A DNA stretch of 57,646 nucleotides from Fibrobacteria bacterium (GCA_043766615.1 JAYUHW010000337.1:1-57646), one strand, 5' to 3'. Numbered from the stretch's first letter, positions 28,088-37,955 are shown. A program made the numbers and translations. The notes: a model not told the origin generated them from the sequence alone.

Positions 28088-29409
28088 GAGACCTGTTGGT
28101 AGTTGCCATAAATATGGTAGGTATAATTGGCGCCCTTTGGAAAGCCGAATACGCTGTGGCTTTTTACATGTTCCTTACCTTCAGCAGACTCCAGGATTTT
28201 GCTTATGGATTCGCCACCACTCAACCCTGGTCGCAACTGGCCGCCGGGGCCACCTTGTTCACCATGCTAAGGACCGGCATCTTATTCCCATGGAGGGATT
28301 CGTGGATCAATCGAACCGTTTTGGCGCTGGCTATTTGGATCACATTCACTTCCTCCATTGGCATTTCCCCGGCTTTCAGCTGGGAGATCCTGTCTCAATT
28401 CCTAAAAGTGCTGCTCATGTTTTTTGTCGCCGGCAGAATCATCGACTCTCCGAGGAAGGTCAAAATCCTGCTTCTGGTGGTGATGGGAGCCTTTGTTTTC
28501 CACGGCATAAAATTTGGACTGTATGGATTGATGAAAGGATTCCCCCATAACTTACTTGGCCCAGGGGGTCAGATGGCGGACAACAATTCTTTCGGCATGG
28601 TCATGGCCACCACTTTCCCGCTTATACTCTTCGCTTTCAATCAATGGCACAAGTCTGGAAGGATTGCGTTACTCGTCTATCTCCCCATGCATTTTTCCGC
28701 CATTATCTGCACCTATTCCCGTGGTGCCTTTGTGAATCTGGCACTAGGGAGTATGGTGCTGCTTTTCTTTTCCAGACACCGTATCCGCAATATGATTCTG
28801 TTTCCGATCCTGATCGCCTCCGCAGTTCCACTTCTCCCTCAGGCATACTGGGATCGTATGGCCACTATCAAGGACACGGGCGAAGATATGAACAAGACCT
28901 CCAATGCCAGCAGGATGATGCTGATACAATACGGGCTCAGCCTATTCAAAAAGAACGCTCTGCTCGGTGCCGGGCACGGGGCGTATATGCTGGCGGCCTA
29001 TCAGGATTTGGGGCCCGGCCATGAGCATTTTACGGAACACTACCCCCATAACGCTCTTATCCTGATAGGGGTGGAAGCAGGGGCGCTGGGGCTGATTCTG
29101 CATGTGCTCCTGTCCGTTCTGGCCATAGTTGGCGTCGCCCGGCTTGCCGTGGACAAATGGTTGACCGATAAATTGCCAATGCTGAATTCCTTGGCGCGCG
29201 CTCTTCTGGCCGCCAATGTGGGCTATTTCGCCAATTCCCTATTCAACAATTATCCCTATCATGAATTGGGATATTTTTTATTGTTGCTATCCAGTTGTTT
29301 GATAATCATGGTTGGCCGTCTCAAAGCCAGGTATGGTTCCCAAAAAACCGCCATTCCCGGGAAGAATTCTCCCGCATTGGACGGGCCTTACCCAATGCCA
29401 TCCTCTTGA
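28084..29409 (+). CDS. O-antigen ligase / Wzy-like polytopic membrane protein (exosortase-locus O-glycosylation-ligase type)
   Basis: GTGA overlap. About 10-12 TM segments, Wzy_C-like CTYSRGAFVNLALG and a periplasmic loop with GAGHGAYM. Confidence 0.75.
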   Translation: MRDLLVVAINMVGIIGALWKAEYAVAFYMFLTFSRLQDFAYGFATTQPWSQLAAGATLFTMLRTGILFPWRDSWINRTVLALAIWITFTSSIGISPAFSWEILSQFLKVLLMFFVAGRIIDSPRKVKILLLVVMGAFVFHGIKFGLYGLMKGFPHNLLGPGGQMADNNSFGMVMATTFPLILFAFNQWHKSGRIALLVYLPMHFSAIICTYSRGAFVNLALGSMVLLFFSRHRIRNMILFPILIASAVPLLPQAYWDRMATIKDTGEDMNKTSNASRMMLIQYGLSLFKKNALLGAGHGAYMLAAYQDLGPGHEHFTEHYPHNALILIGVEAGALGLILHVLLSVLAIVGVARLAVDKWLTDKLPMLNSLARALLAANVGYFANSLFNNYPYHELGYFLLLLSSCLIIMVGRLKARYGSQKTAIPGKNSPALDGPYPMPSS

Positions 29410-29460
29410 TTTTGATTCCTATTTCGGCTAGAATCTGTGCATCCCCAGATTGGAAACCAC

Positions 29461-32217
29461 ATGTCTAAAATTACACGAATCCCGATACATTTCCGGCATG
29501 TAGGCATACTTTGTGCCATTACCACTATTTCTGTCTCCGCCTTGAAAATCCCCATTACTCTAAAAGAGTTCCATGGCGTGGCCCGCAATGGGGAGCCTGT
29601 CGTGACCGGAATTCCTTTGCCGAAGGGCGTTTACACCGATCCCAGTAAATTCCGCATACAAGGTACTACGCTTTTCCAGACTACACCCTTGGTGCATTGG
29701 CCCGATGGATCGATTCGGTGGCTGCAAACCCAGTTCATGGGCACGGTCGGCGCCGGCCAGGAAATCAGGTATTTCCTTACCGATGACAATGCTGCCGCGC
29801 CAGTGGCTGGAACATTATCCGTTACAGAGAATGCGACACATGTGATTGTCAACACCGGGAACTTGCAATTCAAAGTCAAGAAAACCGGCGGCTTCAATCT
29901 ATTCGATGAAGTGATCTTGGATGGCTTCACTCTGGTTTCACCCAGCTCGGAAAATGGCGTGCGCATCACGGCGGCCAGCCAGAGCTTGCTTTTTAAAAGC
30001 GCGGGCGAGGATAGCGCCTACACCGTAACGATATTGGAAAAGGGACCAGTTCGCACCTGTATCCGGGTGGATGGCTACCATGGCAATGTGGTGGCGAAAG
30101 ATCATGGTTTCTATGATTACTCTTGTTTCATCTACGCCTATGCCGGCAAGAGTTATGTGCTTGTGAGTTATGTGCTGGCCAATGCTCCTTATTGGACTCC
30201 CCGGGGCCCGCTCAAGTTTACGGATTTAAGTTTACGCACCAAGGTCAATTTGGATGCAGCCAAGACCTTGACCCTTTTCGGTGCCGCGCAAAGCTCGGGG
30301 GTCATGGGGGCAAAAGGTGAAATCACGCAGGTATCGGCAACAGCCTACACCTCTTCCCAGGGCAACGGTACCAAAGCCTTGGGATGGCTGGATGTGAGTG
30401 ATGCCAATCGCGGCGTGGCAGTGGGTATCAAACAATTCTGGGAATATTTTCCTAAGGCCCTGAGTACTGATTTGGCAGGTAACGTAGACGTTTCTCTTTT
30501 CCCGGCATTGAGTGGTAATGTCTATTATCTGCAGGATCTGGCCAAGAAGGAACATCAAGCAATGTTCTATTTTCATACTGGAAGCGCCACAGCGGCCGAT
30601 GTCCAGGGTGTGATGGGGGGAATGCTGAACCATCGGTTGGTGCCGACAGCTCCGGTAAAATGGTACAGCGACACCAGGGCCGTGCTTGGTGATTTGGCGG
30701 ATACCCGATCAGCCATCACCCATCCCTCGCTGCCGTTAGTGAACGCTCATATCGGAGATGCCACCCATTGGACGGAAGGGTGGTATAATTTTGGCTATGA
30801 CGTCTATTTGAACGATGACAACGCCCGGGAATTGTTCCACGACGAAAGCACTGTTTTTTTCCACTCTCTAAATCCTCTTGACTACCTAAAATGGGAAGCA
30901 TCCACGCGTGTGGAAGGCCTGAAGCCATACCATTTACATCGTGACTTCAAGACCCTGGAGTTGTTTTTCAGTAGAAGTGACCCCAAGGTGAATCCCGGCA
31001 ACATGGGCCATGCCAATTATTTCCGTTCTCCTGCAGGTCCCCGGCTGGAAACCTTACCGTCCGATGCGGTCCATTGGGGAGCGGGTACGCTGGCTACGCA
31101 AAAAGGGTGGACCAGCTTTCCGGAGGGCTGGTTGGTCCAGAATATTGAACACATGGACGTGAAGCATATCCTCGACTGGTATTGTTTCACAGGGGATTAC
31201 TTTGCCAAGGACATCATTCGTGAAGCAGGCGAGTACCGGGGTGCGTTCACCATCATCTACTATAATTCCTGGGTCAAGCCGGGAGATGAGCCGAATGTCA
31301 ATCGGGTGGTGGCCGCATCAGGATATAATATGGCTGCCTACTATATGGTCTATCCTACCCCGGCAAATCTGGCCGCCATCACCAACTCGCTTGGTCAATA
31401 TTGGCTGAGGGCTCCTGGCTTGGACGGATTTTTCCAGACCTTGGAAGGCACCGATCCCATTTCCGGGTTTCAGGAAGGCATGGCCGCTCATACCGGGGGA
31501 CTATTGTATGAAGTAAGCGGCGCAGAGGTATTCAAAACGGCATTGGAGAAAACCGGCCCAACTTGGTTGAACAAGGTTGTGAAAACCAACGGTTATATTC
31601 CTTATCGCCACACGGGCCCTAATACCGATACGACCGGACTTCCCTCGGTTGCAACGACCCAGCAGTCCATGTACCGCAACATCGATGGGGGAATGACGCT
31701 GGTCCAGCATCTGACCGCCTATAATGAGATATTTACCCGTCTCAAACTTACAGAGGCAGCCATGGGTAAACAGTCATTTTGGGGTCGTGACCAGCCTTAT
31801 ATGCAAAAATTTTATTTGGCTATTGATAATCCTGGCCAGCTTTCCCTGAATCCCATGCCGAACGTGATTGCTGCCATGAAGGACAGTACGTCGTATATGT
31901 CCGGCATTGGGCCCCGTCCCAAGGTCAGCAGGCGCCTTGTGTTAGAAGGACCAACCACGCGCGCACCGGGGAATACGTACTTCACCTATTCAGTCGATGC
32001 CGGTTCATCGGGTGTAAACGTGGAGTTAACCATCTTTACCCTTAGCGGAAAGTCTGTCAGGACGCTGGTCCAAGGGCGCAAGGCGAAAGGAACTTATTTT
32101 GCCTTTTGGGATTGTAAGGACTCGTTGAACAGCCTAGTCTCCCATGGGACCTACTATGCCCTACTTAAATTCAATCAGTCGGTAACGGATAGGGCTGTAT
32201 TTACCTTAAATCCCTAA
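29461..32217 (+). CDS. Large secreted protein of unknown function; possible polysaccharide lyase-like N-terminus and a FlgD-Ig/T9SS-like C-terminal domain
   Basis: Signal-like MSKITRIPIHFRHVGILCAITTISVSA (GTG 29437 alternative). The N-terminus GEPVVTGIPLPKGV...WPDGSIRWLQTQF resembles, from memory, the RIFT-barrel start of PcRGLX-like lyases. The C-terminus VELTIFTLSGKSVRTLV...GTYYALLKF. Confidence 0.45.
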   Translation: MSKITRIPIHFRHVGILCAITTISVSALKIPITLKEFHGVARNGEPVVTGIPLPKGVYTDPSKFRIQGTTLFQTTPLVHWPDGSIRWLQTQFMGTVGAGQEIRYFLTDDNAAAPVAGTLSVTENATHVIVNTGNLQFKVKKTGGFNLFDEVILDGFTLVSPSSENGVRITAASQSLLFKSAGEDSAYTVTILEKGPVRTCIRVDGYHGNVVAKDHGFYDYSCFIYAYAGKSYVLVSYVLANAPYWTPRGPLKFTDLSLRTKVNLDAAKTLTLFGAAQSSGVMGAKGEITQVSATAYTSSQGNGTKALGWLDVSDANRGVAVGIKQFWEYFPKALSTDLAGNVDVSLFPALSGNVYYLQDLAKKEHQAMFYFHTGSATAADVQGVMGGMLNHRLVPTAPVKWYSDTRAVLGDLADTRSAITHPSLPLVNAHIGDATHWTEGWYNFGYDVYLNDDNARELFHDESTVFFHSLNPLDYLKWEASTRVEGLKPYHLHRDFKTLELFFSRSDPKVNPGNMGHANYFRSPAGPRLETLPSDAVHWGAGTLATQKGWTSFPEGWLVQNIEHMDVKHILDWYCFTGDYFAKDIIREAGEYRGAFTIIYYNSWVKPGDEPNVNRVVAASGYNMAAYYMVYPTPANLAAITNSLGQYWLRAPGLDGFFQTLEGTDPISGFQEGMAAHTGGLLYEVSGAEVFKTALEKTGPTWLNKVVKTNGYIPYRHTGPNTDTTGLPSVATTQQSMYRNIDGGMTLVQHLTAYNEIFTRLKLTEAAMGKQSFWGRDQPYMQKFYLAIDNPGQLSLNPMPNVIAAMKDSTSYMSGIGPRPKVSRRLVLEGPTTRAPGNTYFTYSVDAGSSGVNVELTIFTLSGKSVRTLVQGRKAKGTYFAFWDCKDSLNSLVSHGTYYALLKFNQSVTDRAVFTLNP

Positions 32218-32290
32218 ACTGTTTTGCTAGTTCAAGCCGATTCGGTTGAGCTTTTTTCCATTGCCTAGGTTTTGTACTTTTCCGCTCCGT

Positions 32291-33658
32291 ATGCGAGTGA
32301 CTCTGCTAGCCTATTCTTTTCCACCCTTGGGCGTGATAGGGGGCCAGCGGCCGCTAAGATTGGCCAACAAGTTGGCCCAAGCTGGACATAAGGTTACGGT
32401 ATTTGCAGGGCATCCCCGTAGCGGCAATTTGGTTTATGTGGTGGATCCAACTTCGGCCGCCGATATCCGTCCGGATATAAAAGTGGTGCGCACACCTTCC
32501 TGGCATCCTTTTAAAATGCTGCTGGCGTATCGGGACGCGCGTAGAAACAAGGTGCCTCCAAGGACGGGGATCTCCATAAAGTCCCAGCCTCCAGTCGTGA
32601 CGCAATCGTCACACAGTGAAGCAAAGGCCTCCCGACCACTATTGGCACAGCGCTGCCTCGATTTTGTCATGACAGTCTTAAATGTCCCAGATCATTTCAG
32701 CGGCTGGATGCTTACCACCCTGCCTTTGGTCTTGTTGCGGGGGATCGTCCAGCATCCAGATGTGATTTATGTAACAGGACCCCCTTGGACACCACTGATA
32801 ACGGCGGGTTTGGCGGCAAGGCTGCTGGGCGTGCCGCTAGTAGTCGATTTCCGCGATCCCTGGACCTTTAATCCCTATTTCACAAAAACCAGAAAGAGCG
32901 ATCTTAGGCTGGAAGCTTGGGTGGTCGGGCTGGCCCGCGCCATAATCGTGAATACGGAATCCATGGCCATGATTCTAAAGGAAAAATACCCGCAGCAAGC
33001 GAATAGAATAGTCGCCATTTACAATGGTGTCACAGAAAGAAACCGTGCCCTTTTCGAATCCTTCCGCACTCGCGACGGCGCCCATCCCCATGAACCCAGG
33101 ATTATCGCCCATGTCGGGACCCTTTCTCCGGAACGCATGCCCCGTGAACTGGCGGCCTTATTGGCTTTGGTGGCGGCCCGGTGGGTGGGAAAGCCGAATA
33201 TTGTTTTTCGCTTCGTAGGAAAGGCCACGGATGTGGACTATCTACGGCCTGCCTTTGAAAGTGCCGGAATGGGACATAAGTTGGAACAGATTTCTCAACT
33301 TCCAGCCGAAGCCGCCAAGCAGGAACAGTCGCAGGCCCAAGTCCTGTTACTGCTCCAATCAGGTACCCGTATCCAGGTGCCGGCCAAGATATTTGAATAC
33401 GCCTTGGCTGGTAAACCCATTCTCTGTTTCGCCCATCCTGAATCGGAATCGGCCCAGCTGATCCAGAAATACCACTTAGGCCGAGACTTCGAAGCCACTG
33501 CCAGACCCGAGGAAATCCTGGCGTACCTAGAAGAGATTTTTTCCAATGGCGATGCCGTTGCAGAGAGTGAAAACCTGCTTCGGTTCAAATCCGATTTTGA
33601 TGCCGAGATGCTGACGCAAAAAATGATTGAGGTGCTTAAAGCCGCAGCAGGAAGCTGA
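32291..33658 (+). CDS. Glycosyltransferase (GT-B, family 4-like)
   Basis: Preferred start MRVTLLAYSFPPLGVIGGQRPLRLANKLAQAGHKV at 32291. C-terminal QVPAKIFEYALAGKPILC. Confidence 0.7.
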   Translation: MRVTLLAYSFPPLGVIGGQRPLRLANKLAQAGHKVTVFAGHPRSGNLVYVVDPTSAADIRPDIKVVRTPSWHPFKMLLAYRDARRNKVPPRTGISIKSQPPVVTQSSHSEAKASRPLLAQRCLDFVMTVLNVPDHFSGWMLTTLPLVLLRGIVQHPDVIYVTGPPWTPLITAGLAARLLGVPLVVDFRDPWTFNPYFTKTRKSDLRLEAWVVGLARAIIVNTESMAMILKEKYPQQANRIVAIYNGVTERNRALFESFRTRDGAHPHEPRIIAHVGTLSPERMPRELAALLALVAARWVGKPNIVFRFVGKATDVDYLRPAFESAGMGHKLEQISQLPAEAAKQEQSQAQVLLLLQSGTRIQVPAKIFEYALAGKPILCFAHPESESAQLIQKYHLGRDFEATARPEEILAYLEEIFSNGDAVAESENLLRFKSDFDAEMLTQKMIEVLKAAAGS

Positions 33659-33681
33659 AAGCGGCGGTTGGAACTTGAACT

Positions 33682-35574
33682 TTAGGCTTTCCCTAGAAAA
33701 CGTCGGTACCAGAATGTGAAAAGCACCAGCGAGAATAGAAATTGTCCCAGCTTTTTGTCCTCGGGCCCCAGGCGATCAATGGCAGACACAAGTTTGGATT
33801 CATCAAAAAGATAGCGCGATTCAGAGTCAAGGAGGGCATTGCGCATAAAGGACTTGCCAGTGGGAGTGGACAGGATTCCGACGAAGTTGGTGTGGAAGCC
33901 CTGCTTTTTCCTTTCCAATATTTGTTGCGGAATTTTCCCCCGGAAGACATCTTTAAGTAACGCCTTTACTTCCCAACCGGACTTCCCTAGAGGCCGCATT
34001 TTGTATTTCATGGGTAGCTTGGAACAGAATTCCACCACACGGTAGTCCAAAAAGGGGACGCGCAGTTCGAGGCTGGTAGCCATACTCATGCGGTCGGCCT
34101 TGGTCAGTAGATTGTCGGGAAGCCATACCTTGGAATCCATGTATAATAGATGCGAGAACATATCCCGAGCCTTGGATTCTGCATGGAATTCGCCTGTAAA
34201 AACCGAATTGCTCAATCCAAAATTTTTTGCGAATTCCGCTTTGAAGAATCCCCGTCTAAAGGCAGCGTCACCAGTTGTACCAAAATAGTCTTTCGATAGA
34301 CAGGCGAAGTCTTGCATGGACTTGCGATAAAGGGCCCGATATCTGGCCAAGCTGGCAGATTTTGGTAGCAATCCTCCCGCCAAGGCGGGTAGAAAAGGCG
34401 GTAAGGAATTGAATCTACGTTGGCGATCCCATGATTCCAAATCACTCGAGTAATTGTAACCGGCGAACAATTCGTCGCTACCCTCGCCGGATAAGGCCAC
34501 GGTGACATGTTCCCGAGCAAGTTTGGAAACATGATAGAGAAGGATCGAGGCTGGATCGGCCACAAGGTCGTCCACCTGCCAAGCCATGGTTTCCATTGAT
34601 GACATGAACCCAGAAGGGTCGAGTACCATTTCGTGATGGTTGGTTCCATAGTGAAGAGCTGCCAAGTCGGCAAATTTGCGCTCGTCCCACTGGCCGCCTC
34701 CGGTAGAGGCGATGGAAAAAGTTTGAATGCCTGTGCCCCGCTGTTCATGCATCAAGTGGGTGATGATGGTAGAATCCAGGCCACCACTTAGAAAGACTCC
34801 CAGCGGTACGTCCGCTATCATGCGCAGACGAACGGAATCGCTAAGCAGCGTGTACAACTCGCGCCCGGCTTCGACGGGATCGATAGCCATTTCCTGGCCG
34901 GTAGGAATGTCCCAGTAGCGGTGCAGCTTGAGGTCACCGTCTTTCCATAAGCCAAAGTAACCGGGGGGTAGTTTGCGCACTCCACGCAAGAGGGTAAGCG
35001 GGCTGGCTACATAACGGTTGGCCAGGTAACAATCAAAAGCCGTATGATCGAGTTCGGGAGATCGGCCCAGCAGAGGCCGCAAACCCTTGAGCTCCGAAGC
35101 AAAGAGCAATCGTCCGTCTTCCAGGCAATAATACAGGGGTTTTTTTCCTAGCCGGTCCCGGGCCAAAAATACTTCTCTTTGCTGCGTGTCCAATATGGCA
35201 AAGGCGAACATGCCATTGAGTTTGTCCAGGCAGGCCGGTCCAAACTCCCGGTAGGCATAAAGCAATACTTCCGTATCCGAATGGGTTGAAAACCGGATAC
35301 CTCGGGCTTCCAACTCCAGTTTCACTACGGCAAAATTATAGATCTCCCCGTTGAAGATAATGCAGTAGCGACCGTCTGCCGTGTACATGGGCTGACTTCC
35401 TCCCGCGAGGTCGATAATGGATAGGCGCAAGTGGGCAAATATGGCGTATGGAAATTCGGCCAAACCAGATTCATCCGGACCACGGTGATGCTGCAATTCC
35501 ATGGCCTCCCGAATTTTCGGTTCCATGTTCCTGGGTAGCTCGGTTTTATCGATGACTCCGACTATTCCACACAT
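33682..35574 (-). CDS. asnB: Asparagine synthase family amidotransferase, paralog 3
   Basis: MCGIVGVID N-terminus and PP-loop VFLSGGLDSTIITHLM. 630 aa. Confidence 0.9.
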   Translation of the reverse strand: MCGIVGVIDKTELPRNMEPKIREAMELQHHRGPDESGLAEFPYAIFAHLRLSIIDLAGGSQPMYTADGRYCIIFNGEIYNFAVVKLELEARGIRFSTHSDTEVLLYAYREFGPACLDKLNGMFAFAILDTQQREVFLARDRLGKKPLYYCLEDGRLLFASELKGLRPLLGRSPELDHTAFDCYLANRYVASPLTLLRGVRKLPPGYFGLWKDGDLKLHRYWDIPTGQEMAIDPVEAGRELYTLLSDSVRLRMIADVPLGVFLSGGLDSTIITHLMHEQRGTGIQTFSIASTGGGQWDERKFADLAALHYGTNHHEMVLDPSGFMSSMETMAWQVDDLVADPASILLYHVSKLAREHVTVALSGEGSDELFAGYNYSSDLESWDRQRRFNSLPPFLPALAGGLLPKSASLARYRALYRKSMQDFACLSKDYFGTTGDAAFRRGFFKAEFAKNFGLSNSVFTGEFHAESKARDMFSHLLYMDSKVWLPDNLLTKADRMSMATSLELRVPFLDYRVVEFCSKLPMKYKMRPLGKSGWEVKALLKDVFRGKIPQQILERKKQGFHTNFVGILSTPTGKSFMRNALLDSESRYLFDESKLVSAIDRLGPEDKKLGQFLFSLVLFTFWYRRFLGKA

Positions 35575-35610
35575 AACCTGAACCCCATTTTCATTACTCC
35601 CGAGTGATGT

Positions 35611-37014
35611 TCAGAATTGGAAATAGATAAAGGCATGTTCGCTCTTAGGCACAAGTAAAAAAAGAATCACTATCAAGGTCGCATAAACGAAACCGCGGGC
35701 AAAATCGGGCAATCGAAAGAAAACACGATTCAATTTCTGGTGAAAAAGGCCGTACATCTGATCCCCAAAGAATAGGCTGAAAGCCAGAAAGGTAACACCT
35801 CCAAGACTCGATGACTGCCCCGGAGACAGGGAGAAAATACCGCGGAGAAAAACCAGGGCATCCGAAAAAGATGCGCTCCTGAAAAGGATCCAGCCCAGTA
35901 AGACTGCCCCTTGGGTGGTAAACCATCCCAGCCACTTATTTCCGAATCCAGATTCAGCCGTTATAAAAATACTCAGATGGCGTTCGATCAATTGGACAGC
36001 CCCATGCCATGCGCCCCAAATAATGAATGTCCAGTTTGCACCATGCCAAAGCCCGCTGGTGACGAACGTGATCATTAGGTTTCGTTGGGTTTTCAATTCC
36101 CCGTGCCGGGAGCCGCCCAGAGGTATGAAAACATAATCCCGAAACCAGGAGGATAGTGAAATATGCCATCTCCGCCAGAACTCTTGAAAGTTGGTGGCCA
36201 GATAAGGATAGTTGAAATTGAGCGGAAGCTTGAATCCAAGCAGGGCACCAGACCCTCTTGCCATGTCGCTGTATCCAGAGAAGTCGCAATAGATCTGCAC
36301 CGAATAAGCGAGGGCAGCGAGCAGCAGCGCAGACCAGGCGTGGGTCGAGGGTGATTGGAACACCGGGTCCACCAGATCCATTGCGAGGGTGTCGGCGATA
36401 AAGGCCTTCTTAAGGTACCCTCGCAAAAAAAGGAGGGAGCCGTGCGCGGCCTGGTCCAAGGAGAAGGTTCGAGGTTTCTGGATTTGTGGTAGAAAATGGG
36501 TAGCTCGCACAATGGGGCCGGCCACCAACTGCGGAAAGCAGGATACAAAGGCTGCAAATTCCACGAAATTCCGGGAAGGCTTGAGTTTTCCAAAGTAAAC
36601 GTCCAGAGTGTAGCTCATGGACTGAAAAGTATAGAAGGAAATACCCACCGGAAGAAGAATGTGCAGCGTATGCCATTGCAGCTGGATTCCAAACCTGGCA
36701 AACAAATCGGAGAAGGAATGGGCGAAGAAATCAAAATATTTGAAGAAGGCTAGTACTCCGAGATTGCTCAACATACTAATGGTGATCAGGGATTTCCGCG
36801 CTGCATGGGTCGCTGCCTTATCGATGGCCAAGGCCACTGCGAAATCAACCAGGGCGGTGAAAATCAAGAGACCCAATAGGATGGGATTCCAGCTGGCATA
36901 GAAAAACAAACTGGCCAGGAGCAGGAAAAGATTCTGGGATTTATGGCCTAGCATCCAGTAGATGCCCAGCACCGGTAGAAAGAAAAAGAAATATTCGATG
37001 CTAACGAAATTCAT
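35611..37014 (-). CDS. MBOAT-family membrane O-acyltransferase (AlgI/DltB-like)
   Basis: FYTFQSMSYTLDVY and WRRWHISLSSWFRDYVFIPLGGSR with the invariant His. More than 8 TM segments. Confidence 0.9.
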   Translation of the reverse strand: MNFVSIEYFFFFLPVLGIYWMLGHKSQNLFLLLASLFFYASWNPILLGLLIFTALVDFAVALAIDKAATHAARKSLITISMLSNLGVLAFFKYFDFFAHSFSDLFARFGIQLQWHTLHILLPVGISFYTFQSMSYTLDVYFGKLKPSRNFVEFAAFVSCFPQLVAGPIVRATHFLPQIQKPRTFSLDQAAHGSLLFLRGYLKKAFIADTLAMDLVDPVFQSPSTHAWSALLLAALAYSVQIYCDFSGYSDMARGSGALLGFKLPLNFNYPYLATNFQEFWRRWHISLSSWFRDYVFIPLGGSRHGELKTQRNLMITFVTSGLWHGANWTFIIWGAWHGAVQLIERHLSIFITAESGFGNKWLGWFTTQGAVLLGWILFRSASFSDALVFLRGIFSLSPGQSSSLGGVTFLAFSLFFGDQMYGLFHQKLNRVFFRLPDFARGFVYATLIVILFLLVPKSEHAFIYFQF

Positions 37015-37955
37015 GGGGAAAAAGAGTTGGCCAGGATACCTTGGTAAAGCAGCGCTTGGCTGATCACGTGGCGGCCATGGGGGTTGAGGTGGATGTGATC
37101 CAGGGTGAAGTCCGAATCTTTAAGACCCACCTCCGCGGACTTCAAAACCTGAAATTCGCACTTTTCTCGGGCGCATTCAAATTGAAGATAATTCTGGAAC
37201 CGGGCAACCTGGATGGGGTCAAGGCCGTCTTCAACACTTGGGGCAAAAGGCATGACAATAATTTTCACGCTAACAGACCTGGAGCGGAGAAAAGTAACCA
37301 GGGCATGCAGGGACTGTTGTTCCCGAGGGTTAAGTTTAGCCAGTAATTTATTGAGATGTTGGGTTAAAGCCTTTTCTACAGAAGGTGCGTCGACTGACCG
37401 ACCGGTACTCAACATGACAAGCTTGGAAAGGGCGTCCCTATGATTTCGATCCCGGGCGAGGGAGGAATACCGCATCCAGGAAAAGAATCGATTACGCAGA
37501 AAATTCTTTTCCGGCTCCCCGATACCATCCGTCAAACCAAGCACGAAATCCCGCCATCCCCAAAGTATCGAAGGAGTATTTTCGTTTTCAGTCGCTTCGA
37601 AGTCCAAAGGCTGAAGGACTAGCACCATTTTTTCTGGCCAGGTTCCAAGTCGGCGGAAATGCCTTTCCAACCCACCGCGGGCAAATTCCAGAAAAGTGGA
37701 AATATGGCCTCCGGAGACGGAGAGAATGCGGAGCTGATTTGCGGTTGCATCGCAGACAAGGCTGTCCAGATCCCGCGCCCGGCTGGAGCCCAAGAAAAGT
37801 GCATCAGGGGAGGAATGCTCCTTTAGGAAGCTTACGATAAGGTCGTGATCTCGAACTGAAGAGGGCAGCGGAGAAGCAACGAACCAACCGATGCCTAAAT
37901 CGAAGACCGCCAGAAAAAAAAGACACCAGCTTATCACTTTGAATTTTTTGACCAT
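37011..37955 (-). CDS. Membrane-anchored SGNH/DltD-like putative acyl-transfer partner of the MBOAT
   Basis: N-terminal single TM (VISWCLFFLAVFDLGIGWFV), block-I-like ALFLGSSRARD and block-V-like TLDHIHLNPHG (DxxH). ATGA overlap with the MBOAT gene. Confidence 0.5.
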   Translation of the reverse strand: MVKKFKVISWCLFFLAVFDLGIGWFVASPLPSSVRDHDLIVSFLKEHSSPDALFLGSSRARDLDSLVCDATANQLRILSVSGGHISTFLEFARGGLERHFRRLGTWPEKMVLVLQPLDFEATENENTPSILWGWRDFVLGLTDGIGEPEKNFLRNRFFSWMRYSSLARDRNHRDALSKLVMLSTGRSVDAPSVEKALTQHLNKLLAKLNPREQQSLHALVTFLRSRSVSVKIIVMPFAPSVEDGLDPIQVARFQNYLQFECAREKCEFQVLKSAEVGLKDSDFTLDHIHLNPHGRHVISQALLYQGILANSFSP

